DNA from: a virus
Taxonomy: Duplodnaviria; Caudoviricetes
DNA: 64,000 nt
Reading direction: 5' to 3' (one strand)
IMG/VR virus record: IMGVR_UViG_3300014205_002439
Span: 4,587 to 68,586 of that record
The notes under the pieces were generated by a model, which was not told where the DNA came from, did no database searches, and saw only the letters and a list, made by a program, of their open reading frames with translations. The translations under genes and the position numbers were made by a program. This document shows, piece after piece, positions 9,008 to 17,963 of this stretch (positions within the stretch are counted from its first letter, which is position 1; the number at the start of each line of letters is the position of its first letter).

Positions 9008-9551
9008 CGGATTTCCTTTTCGAATGGATTGACCTGAGTGCTGGGGCTAAAATTAACATTTCTTCATATGTGAAGAAATCATTCTTAACGACATTGCAAA
9101 TTTTGCAACATGGTACAACATTGTCTTTACAATAACCTATGTCATTACATTTGCGATCTAATCCGCATCCACTTGGATTTAGGTCGCTGCCGCAATATTC
9201 ACAAGGTTTGATTATCAGATCACCGTAATCTTCGTCGGTCAGTTCCCATTGCAGATTACGTTTTTTAGCAGCATATCTAGACCATGTCAAGCGGCCCTGA
9301 ATTGTTCTGGAGTAACTTCTATTACGAATTACTTGACAGCTTTTGCAAATCGGTTCAGTAAGGCCGTCTTTCTTTCGAATAGAGAAGTCCTCGATGTGTT
9401 TCGTCTTATGGCACCGATTACAAGTTCGATCTACGAGAGTTTGTTTTCGTTTACCAAGTTCGTAACACTTCCTTGAACAGAACTTTCGTTCGTTACAAGG
9501 GTAGTCATTGAAGACTACGTCACACTGAGGGCATGTGTAGGGTTGTTTCAT
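8982..9551 (-). mobile_element. Free-standing HNH homing endonuclease with zinc-finger N-terminus
   Basis: CEYCG...GLDRKCNDIGYCKDNVVPCCKICNVVK; visibly AT-richer than flanks; overlaps the thyA start. Confidence 0.75.
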
Positions 9552-9678
9552 AAAAATGGGGCATCCTTGCCCCGGTGTCATCCTTGACCAAAGTCAATCC
9601 GTGACTTGCGAGGAGGAATACTAATGGGACTCGTAAGATTTTTCAAGCTCTTAAGCAACTATCATAAGTGAGGACTAC

Positions 9679-10356
9679 ATGATTTCTAAACTCGGCGACA
9701 ACCTGACGGTACTTTTGGTTGCAAAAGTCGAAGAAGACTGGCAAGCATTCGGTACATGGTATTCAGTTCAAAAGAATCTACCGTATGCCAAATGCCTACT
9801 GACGTACATACGTCGGGATCATGAGACACCATTCCAAATGTTCCAGTGGGCCAAGCGAGTGGGTCTCAAAACCATTGGTGTTACAAGTCGTAAGGCAGAT
9901 CCATTAGTGGATTATCTTGCTTGTCTTGTAGCGGCATACAATGAGGTTGGGTCGAAGAGATTCTTATTACTTCCAAGTCATTGTATCGTGACCGATGCTT
10001 TGTCAGATGAACTCGTAGAGAAGTTCAATGAGCATCAATTATGGATGGATACAGAGTGTATGTTACCGGCCTATTCTGCAATGAATAGCTTAGCTCTGGA
10101 GAATGCATACAATGACTCGGTATTAGGTTCTGAACTGTCCCATGTACAGAAAACAACCATTTGCCGAGAAGCTAAATCTGAGGAGCCACATTCTATAGTC
10201 AGCTATCGTAAAGGATGTGGCAGATGGATAGATAAGATGAAAGGATGTCCATACTCAAGTGCCGGAGGACTGATTGAAGAGATTATGACAGTTAATGAAT
10301 CAAGAATCATCTCTCTTTGGGAGAAGATGGTTTGTTTATACAGTTCAGTTGCTTAG
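9679..10356 (+). CDS. Hypothetical protein
   Basis: GAGG RBS; 225 aa ORF. Confidence 0.65.
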   Translation: MISKLGDNLTVLLVAKVEEDWQAFGTWYSVQKNLPYAKCLLTYIRRDHETPFQMFQWAKRVGLKTIGVTSRKADPLVDYLACLVAAYNEVGSKRFLLLPSHCIVTDALSDELVEKFNEHQLWMDTECMLPAYSAMNSLALENAYNDSVLGSELSHVQKTTICREAKSEEPHSIVSYRKGCGRWIDKMKGCPYSSAGGLIEEIMTVNESRIISLWEKMVCLYSSVA

Positions 10357-10367
10357 GGGATCTAAAC

Positions 10368-10634
10368 GTGGAACGAAACTTTTTTAACGAAAACTATGAC
10401 GAAGAAGATGGAGAGTCGCCAGAAATGGAACAGTTCGTCAAAGCCAGCAAGCAAGACATTATGGATGTTATGCATATGGAATTGATTGAGAAGGAAATCA
10501 ACTCGAAGCTGCTGGAACAAGCTCAAGGTATCGCTCGATCCGACGTTTTCTGGTATTTTCGCAACAACCATACTAAGGTAAGACGTATCGAACGCATCTA
10601 TAAGAAGCTAAAGAAGATGGCCTCGGAGGAGTAA
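10368..10634 (+). CDS. Hypothetical protein
   Basis: Probable GTG start after an AGGGG RBS. Confidence 0.55.
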   Translation: MERNFFNENYDEEDGESPEMEQFVKASKQDIMDVMHMELIEKEINSKLLEQAQGIARSDVFWYFRNNHTKVRRIERIYKKLKKMASEE

Positions 10635-10635
10635 T

Positions 10636-11178
10636 ATGCCAATTTTCGCATTCCAGTGTCTTGACTGCAACAAGGAATTTGAGGAATTCACTTCCTTTGA
10701 CAAGGCTGGAATTTATCCGGGTGTGAGTTGCCCGGCGTGTGAGTCAGCTAATAAGACTCGACAAATCAGTGTGCCTACTCGGTCTGAGGAACAAGAACCT
10801 CAGACTGAGAAAGCACCTGCTGGAAAACGTAATTACGACTTCCAGTGCAAAGATTGCAATACCGTCTTTGAAGTATTCACTCAATACGACAGAGACGGCA
10901 ATTATCCCGATGTCCGCTGTACAAAATGTGACTCGGTCGATAAGATGCTGCTCATTTCGCAGATCAATATTGGTGGCCCAACCAAATCTAAAATGGCAAA
11001 CTTCGAATATCGTGCTCATCACAATATGGAAGGTGCCAAGGATTGCCGACGTAAGGCCGAAGCGGCGACTCACATGGGAGCCGATCCTTATAGCAGCCGT
11101 GAATTCGGACGGCCGCCAGATGATCTTGCAGCGGGTAAGGAAGGTGTCTTCCACCCGTTCCCAATGGCCGCTGAATAA
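10636..11178 (+). CDS. Tandem FmdB-like zinc-ribbon protein
   Basis: MPIFAFQCLDCNKEFE...CPAC and YDFQCKDCNTVFE...CTKC. Confidence 0.75.
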   Translation: MPIFAFQCLDCNKEFEEFTSFDKAGIYPGVSCPACESANKTRQISVPTRSEEQEPQTEKAPAGKRNYDFQCKDCNTVFEVFTQYDRDGNYPDVRCTKCDSVDKMLLISQINIGGPTKSKMANFEYRAHHNMEGAKDCRRKAEAATHMGADPYSSREFGRPPDDLAAGKEGVFHPFPMAAE

Positions 11179-11189
11179 TAGGCATCTGA

Positions 11190-11687
11190 ATGCTCAAAGA
11201 AAACAACATGATTACAAGTATGCTTGAGCAGCATACTCAGTATTACCATCATCGTATCAAATACCAAGAAGATCCGATTGCCAAGAAGGCACGAGAACAC
11301 TTCAATAAGCTGATTAAGAACAATATGGCGGCGTGTGCTGAGCTAATCACCAGCCACGAAGTTCGCAAGCTACTTGATCCATTCCCTTATGACGTGGTTT
11401 CTTCAGATGTTTTTCTTCTACAAGAAATCTCTATCGGGCCACTCTACACTGTTGGAACTAGACATGTGTCTTGTAGCAGGTCTGTTGGGCCAATTGTTGT
11501 AGATATGAGTGACCCTTTAGCAAGGGAAGGATTCGGCAAGTCCGGTGTTCCTCTCGTCATTGAGGGTAAGCACAGAGTCTTGGACGCCCGTTCACGAAAT
11601 GAGTTCAAGATTATAGCATGGGTTGGAGATAAGGTGCTGCCGATCCTTCAAGGTACTGATATTTCAGGGTGGACAGGACCTCGCTAG
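11190..11687 (+). CDS. Hypothetical protein, ParB-like C-terminal motif
   Basis: PLVIEGKHRVLDA resembles the ParB/Srx DGxHR motif. Confidence 0.45.
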   Translation: MLKENNMITSMLEQHTQYYHHRIKYQEDPIAKKAREHFNKLIKNNMAACAELITSHEVRKLLDPFPYDVVSSDVFLLQEISIGPLYTVGTRHVSCSRSVGPIVVDMSDPLAREGFGKSGVPLVIEGKHRVLDARSRNEFKIIAWVGDKVLPILQGTDISGWTGPR

Positions 11688-12159
11688 GGACGAGTTTTGC
11701 TACCGTTTCCCAGCGACCATCATTGCAAAGCGTTTTGATATTGGAAGAACTCACTGAAACCAGTTCTTCGGGTGGTATCAGGTAGATTTGGTGAAGTTTT
11801 TTGTTGATGGACTTCGCCCACCGCTCCACCATTCTGCAAATGTTGTATTCGTAGACGAAGTCGGTTTCATTCCGAACTCCACGGATCAAAGAAACTGTAT
11901 CTGATGATAGAGAATGTTGTGACGCAAACTTGGCGATATTGGTTTTACCAAGCGTTGTGATCGTGACATTGTGCAGGTGTTCGCAGCATTTTTTGACGAT
12001 CTTCAAGCGTTCTTCTTCGGAGAGGAGCGGGATTTTGCGAGGGTGAAAGCCGAGTGGTACATAGACTTTGTCAAACAGTTCGGCAGCCTGCTCAATAACC
12101 CAAAGGTGTCCCAATGTCAGAGGATCAAACGTCCCCGAGTATATCCCGATCTTCATCAT
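11611..12159 (-). CDS. coaD: Phosphopantetheine adenylyltransferase
   Basis: IYSGTFDPLTLGH, LIRGVRNETDFVYE, VSSSNIK. Confidence 0.9.
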   Translation of the reverse strand: MMKIGIYSGTFDPLTLGHLWVIEQAAELFDKVYVPLGFHPRKIPLLSEEERLKIVKKCCEHLHNVTITTLGKTNIAKFASQHSLSSDTVSLIRGVRNETDFVYEYNICRMVERWAKSINKKLHQIYLIPPEELVSVSSSNIKTLCNDGRWETVAKLVPSEVLSTLKYQYLEGSAAPYLQPML

Positions 12160-12337
12160 GTTCTCGAATTTGTGGTTGCTCTACAATCTTGCCGTTACGA
12201 TAACGTGCTCCGTCTCGTGAGTCAACATAAGGCCAAACACGACGTTGAATCGAAGGAATCGTCATGCGAGCAAACCCGGCGATACTGGCGGTAGAAGTCA
12301 TGGCTTCTTTATAGAACCAGTCTTTGAAAGTCATCAT
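12125..12337 (-). CDS. Small protein with capsid-targeting-like N-terminus (MMTFKDWFYKE)
   Basis: ATGA-coupled to the upstream gene. Confidence 0.55.
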   Translation of the reverse strand: MMTFKDWFYKEAMTSTASIAGFARMTIPSIQRRVWPYVDSRDGARYRNGKIVEQPQIREHDEDRDILGDV

Positions 12338-12828
12338 ATTGGCATACCTCCACCACCTCCGCCCATTGGAGGCATTCCGCCCATTCCACCACCCGGCCCC
12401 TTCATTCCCAATGGGCCAAGCATAATATCATCCAATGTACGGCTGGTGTTGTGTTTGCGGTTTCGTAGAGAAAACTTTTTATCCTGCAATTTTCCGTTGT
12501 ACTGAGTCCCATTAGGATTCAACATCTTGTCTTGTTGCATGGTCGAATACATGACCTTGCCCTTCATATCTCCGTCGCCATCGGCATCTTCCATATCAAT
12601 CATGACAGGAGAACTGGTACGAGGCTGGCCGGGAAGATTGAGTGGTTCAAAACTTGTAATTGGGCCTTTGAGGTAATCTGAGGGCTTTAAGCCGTAGAAT
12701 CCTCCAAGCTCTCGTGTCATCATACTGAGATCGTTGGTGGTTTTATTAGGCTTGCTGCTCGGCGGTGGAGAACCACCGGCTGGGGCCGCTTCGAACTCTC
12801 TCATCATAAATTGGCGAAAACTCTGCAT
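12334..12828 (-). CDS. Protein with capsid-targeting-like N-terminus (MQSFRQFMMRE) and Gly/Met/Pro tail
   Basis: ORF track; TATATA 8 nt upstream. Confidence 0.65.
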   Translation of the reverse strand: MQSFRQFMMREFEAAPAGGSPPPSSKPNKTTNDLSMMTRELGGFYGLKPSDYLKGPITSFEPLNLPGQPRTSSPVMIDMEDADGDGDMKGKVMYSTMQQDKMLNPNGTQYNGKLQDKKFSLRNRKHNTSRTLDDIMLGPLGMKGPGGGMGGMPPMGGGGGGMPI

Positions 12829-12859
12829 AGTGAAGGTATATATTTGGTAACGCCACAGA

Positions 12860-13309
12860 TTGGAGAGAACTTTGTCATCATTAGGTTTTTCCAGCTTTCG
12901 AAGTATTATGGATACTTGGGACGAAGCTGTCTCAAAAGCTGAATTTGAGGACAGAATTCATGCTTTAGTGCAGGGAAGCGGCTTCCTGTTGTTTTTCAAA
13001 TACGACAAGAGTATTTTTGGTGCTGGTGAGGAAGCTCGTATTGTTTTTGCTCGCTTAAAGCATCCTGAAGAGGAAGTAGACGATCAAGCATCGTTTTCTG
13101 CCTTGAATCTGAGTCGTGCTGTCGAGGGGAGCTATGTTAAGTCCCTCTTCGACAAAGAGGCTGTCGGACAGATTAAAGTGATCTCTGGAGACAAGGCATC
13201 AGAATTGGTTATGAAACATGCGAAGAGTAATGGTATCAAAGATATCCCTTCGATGAGTGATTTCAGCGACGATCACGAACCTAAAAATTTCATGACAACT
13301 AAGGAGTGA
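12860..13309 (+). CDS. Hypothetical protein
   Basis: TTG start; coupled to the next gene. Confidence 0.55.
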   Translation: MERTLSSLGFSSFRSIMDTWDEAVSKAEFEDRIHALVQGSGFLLFFKYDKSIFGAGEEARIVFARLKHPEEEVDDQASFSALNLSRAVEGSYVKSLFDKEAVGQIKVISGDKASELVMKHAKSNGIKDIPSMSDFSDDHEPKNFMTTKE

Positions 13310-13310
13310 C

Positions 13311-13703
13311 ATGGCCGATATTGATTCAGCATTGACACTACACGATCTTTACAAAGAATCGATGGTGCGAGAACTGCTAGAGAAAACTAAGAATGGCGGG
13401 ATTATCTGGACTTCGATTGGTGGGAATCAATTCTCAACAAGCCGTGCAGTTGGTCTTGTTACATGGACGTTCTTTATCAGCAAAACCCAAATTGGAACAG
13501 CATCTTACAAGTACAACTTGGATGTTAAGAAAGCTGGAGCTACGTACATTACCATTACCGATGGCCCTCTTCAAAACTCATCTCGTGATAGTGCCACGAA
13601 GAATCTGTATGATGTTGTTGAAATGGCAACGCTGCAACTTGATGATAAGGTCATTGAGGCAATGCGTATGATTCAAGACATTCCAAGTTGCCTAGAGAGC
13701 TAA
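13311..13703 (+). CDS. Hypothetical protein
   Basis: AAGGAG RBS. Confidence 0.65.
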   Translation: MADIDSALTLHDLYKESMVRELLEKTKNGGIIWTSIGGNQFSTSRAVGLVTWTFFISKTQIGTASYKYNLDVKKAGATYITITDGPLQNSSRDSATKNLYDVVEMATLQLDDKVIEAMRMIQDIPSCLES

Positions 13704-14458
13704 TTATGACACTTTGGACTGAAGGAAAAGATCCTTCTAAGAGAATGTGGCAATGCTTTTCCTGTAGTACCACTTTTGAGAACTACGAGGATTACTCTCG
13801 TCACATCTTGCAAGAGCATGATGAAGGTCGAGATTACGTCAAGTGCCCTGTTGAAACATGCGGGGCACCTGTTCGTGATTTGCGTGCTCACTTTACTCTC
13901 AAGCATCCAAACCGTGCTATTCCAAAAGCTCAACAAATGAGAGCCACAATTTGGAAAGACTTCTCTCGTAAGAAGGGCAAGGGGGCCACCAAGAAACCAA
14001 ACTTTAACGAAGGTTGGTATGAGTCGATCAAGATGTCTGGAAAGCGTATCTATCATCGCTCTGGATACGAGCTTGAAATCTACAAATGTTTAGATGAAGA
14101 CACGGATGTGACAGCGTATTTCGCAGAGCCATTCAAAGTACCTTACTACTTCAATAATGACTGGCACAACTACATTCCGGACATCAAGATTGAGTTCTCA
14201 GATGGCACCGTTGAGATTTGGGAAATTAAGCCGAATACCCAAATGAAATATGAGCAGAATCAAGCCAAGTGGAAGGCGATGAACGAATACGCTGGAAAGC
14301 TTGGCTGGGGCTTCACTGTGATCAATGAAAAAGGCATCAATCTCTTACAGAAGAAGATTCGTGATCAGAAGCGTGCGGCTCAGCCAATCAATGAAGTTAA
14401 GCCATCGACAGAAGTGCAAACCGATACGACTGGCGATAGTATTGCGGGTTTGAATTAG
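13688..14458 (+). CDS. C2H2 zinc fingers plus TnsA-N/T4 gp4-like PD-(D/E)xK nuclease
   Basis: CFSC..HILQEH and CPVETC..HFTLKH; RSGYELEIY, YIPDIKIEFSDGTVEIWEIKP. Confidence 0.75.
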   Translation: MPRELIMTLWTEGKDPSKRMWQCFSCSTTFENYEDYSRHILQEHDEGRDYVKCPVETCGAPVRDLRAHFTLKHPNRAIPKAQQMRATIWKDFSRKKGKGATKKPNFNEGWYESIKMSGKRIYHRSGYELEIYKCLDEDTDVTAYFAEPFKVPYYFNNDWHNYIPDIKIEFSDGTVEIWEIKPNTQMKYEQNQAKWKAMNEYAGKLGWGFTVINEKGINLLQKKIRDQKRAAQPINEVKPSTEVQTDTTGDSIAGLN

Positions 14459-14889
14459 TATCTCATAAGTGACGTTGTGATGTCAGACCCAGCAGGTACA
14501 TCAACACCGTGATATTTACCAACGTATGTCTTGCTGTGAGCAGCATGTTCGATGGTCACAGCATTCGGGCCAAATCTGTAGTCGTACTTGAGATCCTGTA
14601 AAGCCGGAACAGAAGTAGAATAAGAGAAAATCCGTACACCATCGATATGAGAGTGAGCAGAAGTAGACCATTTGAACTTAAGTAGCGGTACAAGCATCAT
14701 CTTATTGTACATCAAAGAAATTACCCATTGATGCCCGAAAGAGATTTCCTTGATAGAGGAATTGTCTGATCCATCACATTTGATCATTGACCAAAAATGG
14801 TAGACGATTGGGTCAGCATCGGTAAAAAGAACTGCAACCATATTTTGCAGTTCTTTCTTGACTCTCGCTCTCGCTACCCAAATGTTCAT
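14455..14889 (-). CDS. Hypothetical protein
   Basis: Coupled ORF. Confidence 0.5.
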   Translation of the reverse strand: MNIWVARARVKKELQNMVAVLFTDADPIVYHFWSMIKCDGSDNSSIKEISFGHQWVISLMYNKMMLVPLLKFKWSTSAHSHIDGVRIFSYSTSVPALQDLKYDYRFGPNAVTIEHAAHSKTYVGKYHGVDVPAGSDITTSLMRY

Positions 14890-15257
14890 ACTTCAACCCT
14901 GTAGCTATCCGAGTCAAAGTGCTGGGTGGAGATTTCGAAGATTTCCACGTCGCCATCGACAGCGGTCATTTGATGGATGACACCGGGTCGAACATAGAAA
15001 GCGTCCCCGGCTTTAAGAGTGAGGTGAACTTCTTCACCAACGACATGCACTTCCGGATCGTAAACCCGGAAGTGACATGTGCCACTGTGGATGAAAAGAA
15101 CTTCATCCTTGATCTTGTGGTAATGGAAACTACATTGGCTTCCATTGTTGATATGTAGGATCTTGCCGCAATACCGTTCGGTGTTGGTGATCCAAAGCTC
15201 ATGACCCCATCGCTTTTCGACGTAGGTCATGTCTTCGTTCTTAATGTGACCTTGCAT
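14886..15257 (-). CDS. Cupin (sugar-phosphate isomerase-like)
   Basis: KRWGHELW...CSFHYHKIKDEV...PGVIHQM...EIST. Confidence 0.8.
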   Translation of the reverse strand: MQGHIKNEDMTYVEKRWGHELWITNTERYCGKILHINNGSQCSFHYHKIKDEVLFIHSGTCHFRVYDPEVHVVGEEVHLTLKAGDAFYVRPGVIHQMTAVDGDVEIFEISTQHFDSDSYRVEV

Positions 15258-15265
15258 AGTCCTCC

Positions 15266-15826
15266 TTATGCGGTCACAACCTTACCTTCCGACCAGAAAC
15301 ACATTGGTTGTTCGTTCTCATTCGTGCAACGGGAAACAACCGTGTTCAAAACTGCTCGTGCAATGACCGCTCGTCTTAGGTTTACCACCGAGTTGTTTTG
15401 TCCCTCGTTGGCAAATCTAACATAGTTAAGAGTGCTGATAATTTGTTCCAGCACTCCACGAGTAGCATAATAGAAGGGCTGAGTTGCATCAGGCACTTCT
15501 TCATGATTCCCTAAGACACCTGTCCAGATCGTTGCAACAATGTAGGCCAGTTCATCGGCACTTGCCATTGGGTCGTCTCTGTTGAGCAAAGCGGTCAACT
15601 TGGTTGCAATATCTTCAAGGCCCTTACGAGTTGAAGGATTGAAACCAGCGGCATTGAAAGGGTTTGTGCTATCGAGGGCAATCAGATAACGATTGACTAG
15701 ACGATCAATAAAAAACCCGAACAATTCTGCCTTAACGAATGGGGCAGAGCTATTTCGCATGATCGATAGAACTGCGTTATTGATCTGTTCCACAAACCGT
15801 GTTCTGCGTGCTTCTTCGATAAACAT
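15266..15826 (-). CDS. Hypothetical protein
   Basis: TAATG coupling. Confidence 0.6.
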   Translation of the reverse strand: MFIEEARRTRFVEQINNAVLSIMRNSSAPFVKAELFGFFIDRLVNRYLIALDSTNPFNAAGFNPSTRKGLEDIATKLTALLNRDDPMASADELAYIVATIWTGVLGNHEEVPDATQPFYYATRGVLEQIISTLNYVRFANEGQNNSVVNLRRAVIARAVLNTVVSRCTNENEQPMCFWSEGKVVTA

Positions 15827-16146
15827 TACTTCCCCTTGTGTTTGGAATATTTGAAGAGAATCTTAGCCTTTGAGATCAAGGAGGTTACAAGCAGCTTAAA
15901 CATCTGCTGCAACTCAACGAAATCGTCGGCAAGTTCTTTTTGTTGTTCAGCGGTCAAGGTATCTGATGGCTCGCAACTGTATTGAGCCATGATAGACTCA
16001 ACTTCAATCTTTGCAGCCTTCAAAGAGACTGCGTCACCGCCTGCGACGGCGTCTTGAAGATTCGTGATAATGGGGTCGATATCATCAAACATTTGCATAA
16101 ACGTTGTATCGACATCATCTGGAACTCGGATAACATTGTTACTCAT
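15826..16146 (-). CDS. Hypothetical protein
   Basis: AAAGGA RBS before MSNN. Confidence 0.55.
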   Translation of the reverse strand: MSNNVIRVPDDVDTTFMQMFDDIDPIITNLQDAVAGGDAVSLKAAKIEVESIMAQYSCEPSDTLTAEQQKELADDFVELQQMFKLLVTSLISKAKILFKYSKHKGK

Positions 16147-16164
16147 GACAAATCCTTTCATCTA

Positions 16165-16830
16165 TTAAAGTAGACCACGGAGGAAAAACGCACGCTTGAT
16201 TTCCGGAATCAGTACAGAATCGACAGATGAGTACAAATCTTGTACTGAACCATCATTCCTCACAAAGAACTGAAACAAGTTCAAATCCGGTAGCGTTTCA
16301 TTCTGACAGTTCTGCATAAGGCCAACAGTGGCATTACCAGTTACAGGAATGTTTTCAAGGCACCAGACAGCATACGGACGAATCTGTGCTTCTGAGCCGT
16401 TTGGATCGTCATTAACACGATCCGGATGGACAACAAGGATATTGAGGCCACCTTCTTGGACAATTCGACGAGCTTCGTTGAGATACCGCACGTCACTGAT
16501 GATCTTATGGCCGTGATTACGGAACATGAGATCGATCCAGATGCTTGCTTTGATCTTACGGAAACCGTCACCAATGAACTGAAGCGATTGCCGAACATTC
16601 ATATCGAAGCCCGGTGGAGGCTCATCCTTGACCTTCCACTCTTCGATAAAGTCGTAAGACACGTCAAAAGTTTCAGCATAGATTCGTTTGACGCTCTTCG
16701 CAAAAGCCGCTCGCTCAAAGTCAACTTTGAATTCTTCATCTTGGAGAAGACGTTCTCTGAGATAATCTGAGATCGTGTCTTTACCGTTCTGTTTCTGACC
16801 TGCAACGCCGATGTATAAGCTTGGATTCAT
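16165..16830 (-). CDS. Deoxynucleoside monophosphate kinase (T4 gp1-like)
   Basis: IGVAGQKQNGKDT, AFAKSVK, RQSLQFIGDGFR, IISDVRYLNE. Confidence 0.8.
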   Translation of the reverse strand: MNPSLYIGVAGQKQNGKDTISDYLRERLLQDEEFKVDFERAAFAKSVKRIYAETFDVSYDFIEEWKVKDEPPPGFDMNVRQSLQFIGDGFRKIKASIWIDLMFRNHGHKIISDVRYLNEARRIVQEGGLNILVVHPDRVNDDPNGSEAQIRPYAVWCLENIPVTGNATVGLMQNCQNETLPDLNLFQFFVRNDGSVQDLYSSVDSVLIPEIKRAFFLRGLL

Positions 16831-16870
16831 GTGTCCCTCCTTGGGCTTGAATCTTAACAGAGAACGCTGA

Positions 16871-17182
16871 TTAGAACAAGTTGTCAATTTTCGATTCTAA
16901 AGCTGTCTTGTTGACGGCTCCCATTACGGAATCCACCACCATACGTTGCTTAAAGAACTTGATCGTCGGCATTGCCCCAACGTTGAACTTCTTAAACAAG
17001 TCCGGGTATTGGTCGATATTCACCTTAGCAAAGGCGATCTCTGGTCGTTCTTTAGCAAGAGCGTCAAGAGTTGGAGCGATGAGCTTACAAGGAGCACACC
17101 ACGTTGCATAGAAGTCGAGGACAACACGTTCGTTCTCATCAATCAACTTTTCAAACTGAGCTTCGTTTTGGATTTCAATCAT
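16871..17182 (-). CDS. trxA: Thioredoxin
   Basis: DFYATWCAPCK, FNVGAMPT. Confidence 0.92.
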   Translation of the reverse strand: MIEIQNEAQFEKLIDENERVVLDFYATWCAPCKLIAPTLDALAKERPEIAFAKVNIDQYPDLFKKFNVGAMPTIKFFKQRMVVDSVMGAVNKTALESKIDNLF

Positions 17183-17190
17183 AATTTTCC

Positions 17191-17574
17191 TTAGTTGTAG
17201 GAGTACAGTATATTAAAGGGGTTGAACCAGAAAATTTCTTCATCAGTTGGCTTAAACAACTGACAACATTCTGTATGACTTCTCTCGGGATACACAGTGA
17301 ACTTGTATTCCGGCAGTGAGGTAGCTTTGACTTCACAGGTAATGATTCCGTAATTCGAGTCGATTTTGAAACTCTGCATCTTTGGAGCATTCTTCTCCAG
17401 ATAGCTTATGCATTTACTGGCGACCTGTGCATCAACAAACACTCTTTGAATCGAATCCTTCTCTAACTCGTCTCTCGACTTCAGAACATACAGTGATATG
17501 ATCTGAATAAATACTCCGAGCTTAAATCCTTCCAACGAGGCCGGAATTCGTAAGGGCTTCTTTTTCTTCTCCAT
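17191..17574 (-). CDS. Hypothetical protein
   Basis: AGGAG RBS. Confidence 0.55.
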   Translation of the reverse strand: MEKKKKPLRIPASLEGFKLGVFIQIISLYVLKSRDELEKDSIQRVFVDAQVASKCISYLEKNAPKMQSFKIDSNYGIITCEVKATSLPEYKFTVYPERSHTECCQLFKPTDEEIFWFNPFNILYSYN

Positions 17575-17630
17575 AATTTCTGCTCCTAGAACATATATCT
17601 TATTAGGTAACCTCTGAGTTAGGAGAAATT

Positions 17631-17963
17631 ATGCTAGGATTCTTTAAGAAGAAGAAAAAACCAGAGCCGTTCTGCAAGAATTGCAGACTGTTCGACGCAA
17701 AAAACAGAGCTTGTCGTGTTGTGATCCTCCACGAAGGACAGAGAGTCAATCTCCCTATGGACGCCGAAGATCCGTGCTTTTTCGAAGAGCCTTACTTCGA
17801 TCCAAAAACCGGCGAGACAACTGACTTTAACGAAGTCAGACAGGTACGTTTTTGGACAGAAGACAAGAACGGCAAGAAAACCAACAAGGACGGGACTGTC
17901 AAAATGGAATACCCTGATGGTTTTCTTGGCGACGGTAAAACGCTCCGAGACCTTTTAGGTTAA
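17631..17963 (+). CDS. Hypothetical protein with Cys motif
   Basis: AGGAG RBS; CKNC...C...C. Confidence 0.6.
   Translation: MLGFFKKKKKPEPFCKNCRLFDAKNRACRVVILHEGQRVNLPMDAEDPCFFEEPYFDPKTGETTDFNEVRQVRFWTEDKNGKKTNKDGTVKMEYPDGFLGDGKTLRDLLG

Noticed and set aside
8030-9581. Possible group I intron in thyA carrying the HNH gene
   Set aside because: thyA is continuous from its normal N-terminus to its C-terminus; the HNH gene lies upstream, not inside.
13688-14458. TnsA-like nuclease as evidence of a Tn7 transposon
   Set aside because: No TnsB/C/D or terminal repeats; T4 gp4-like head-completion nucleases share this fold.
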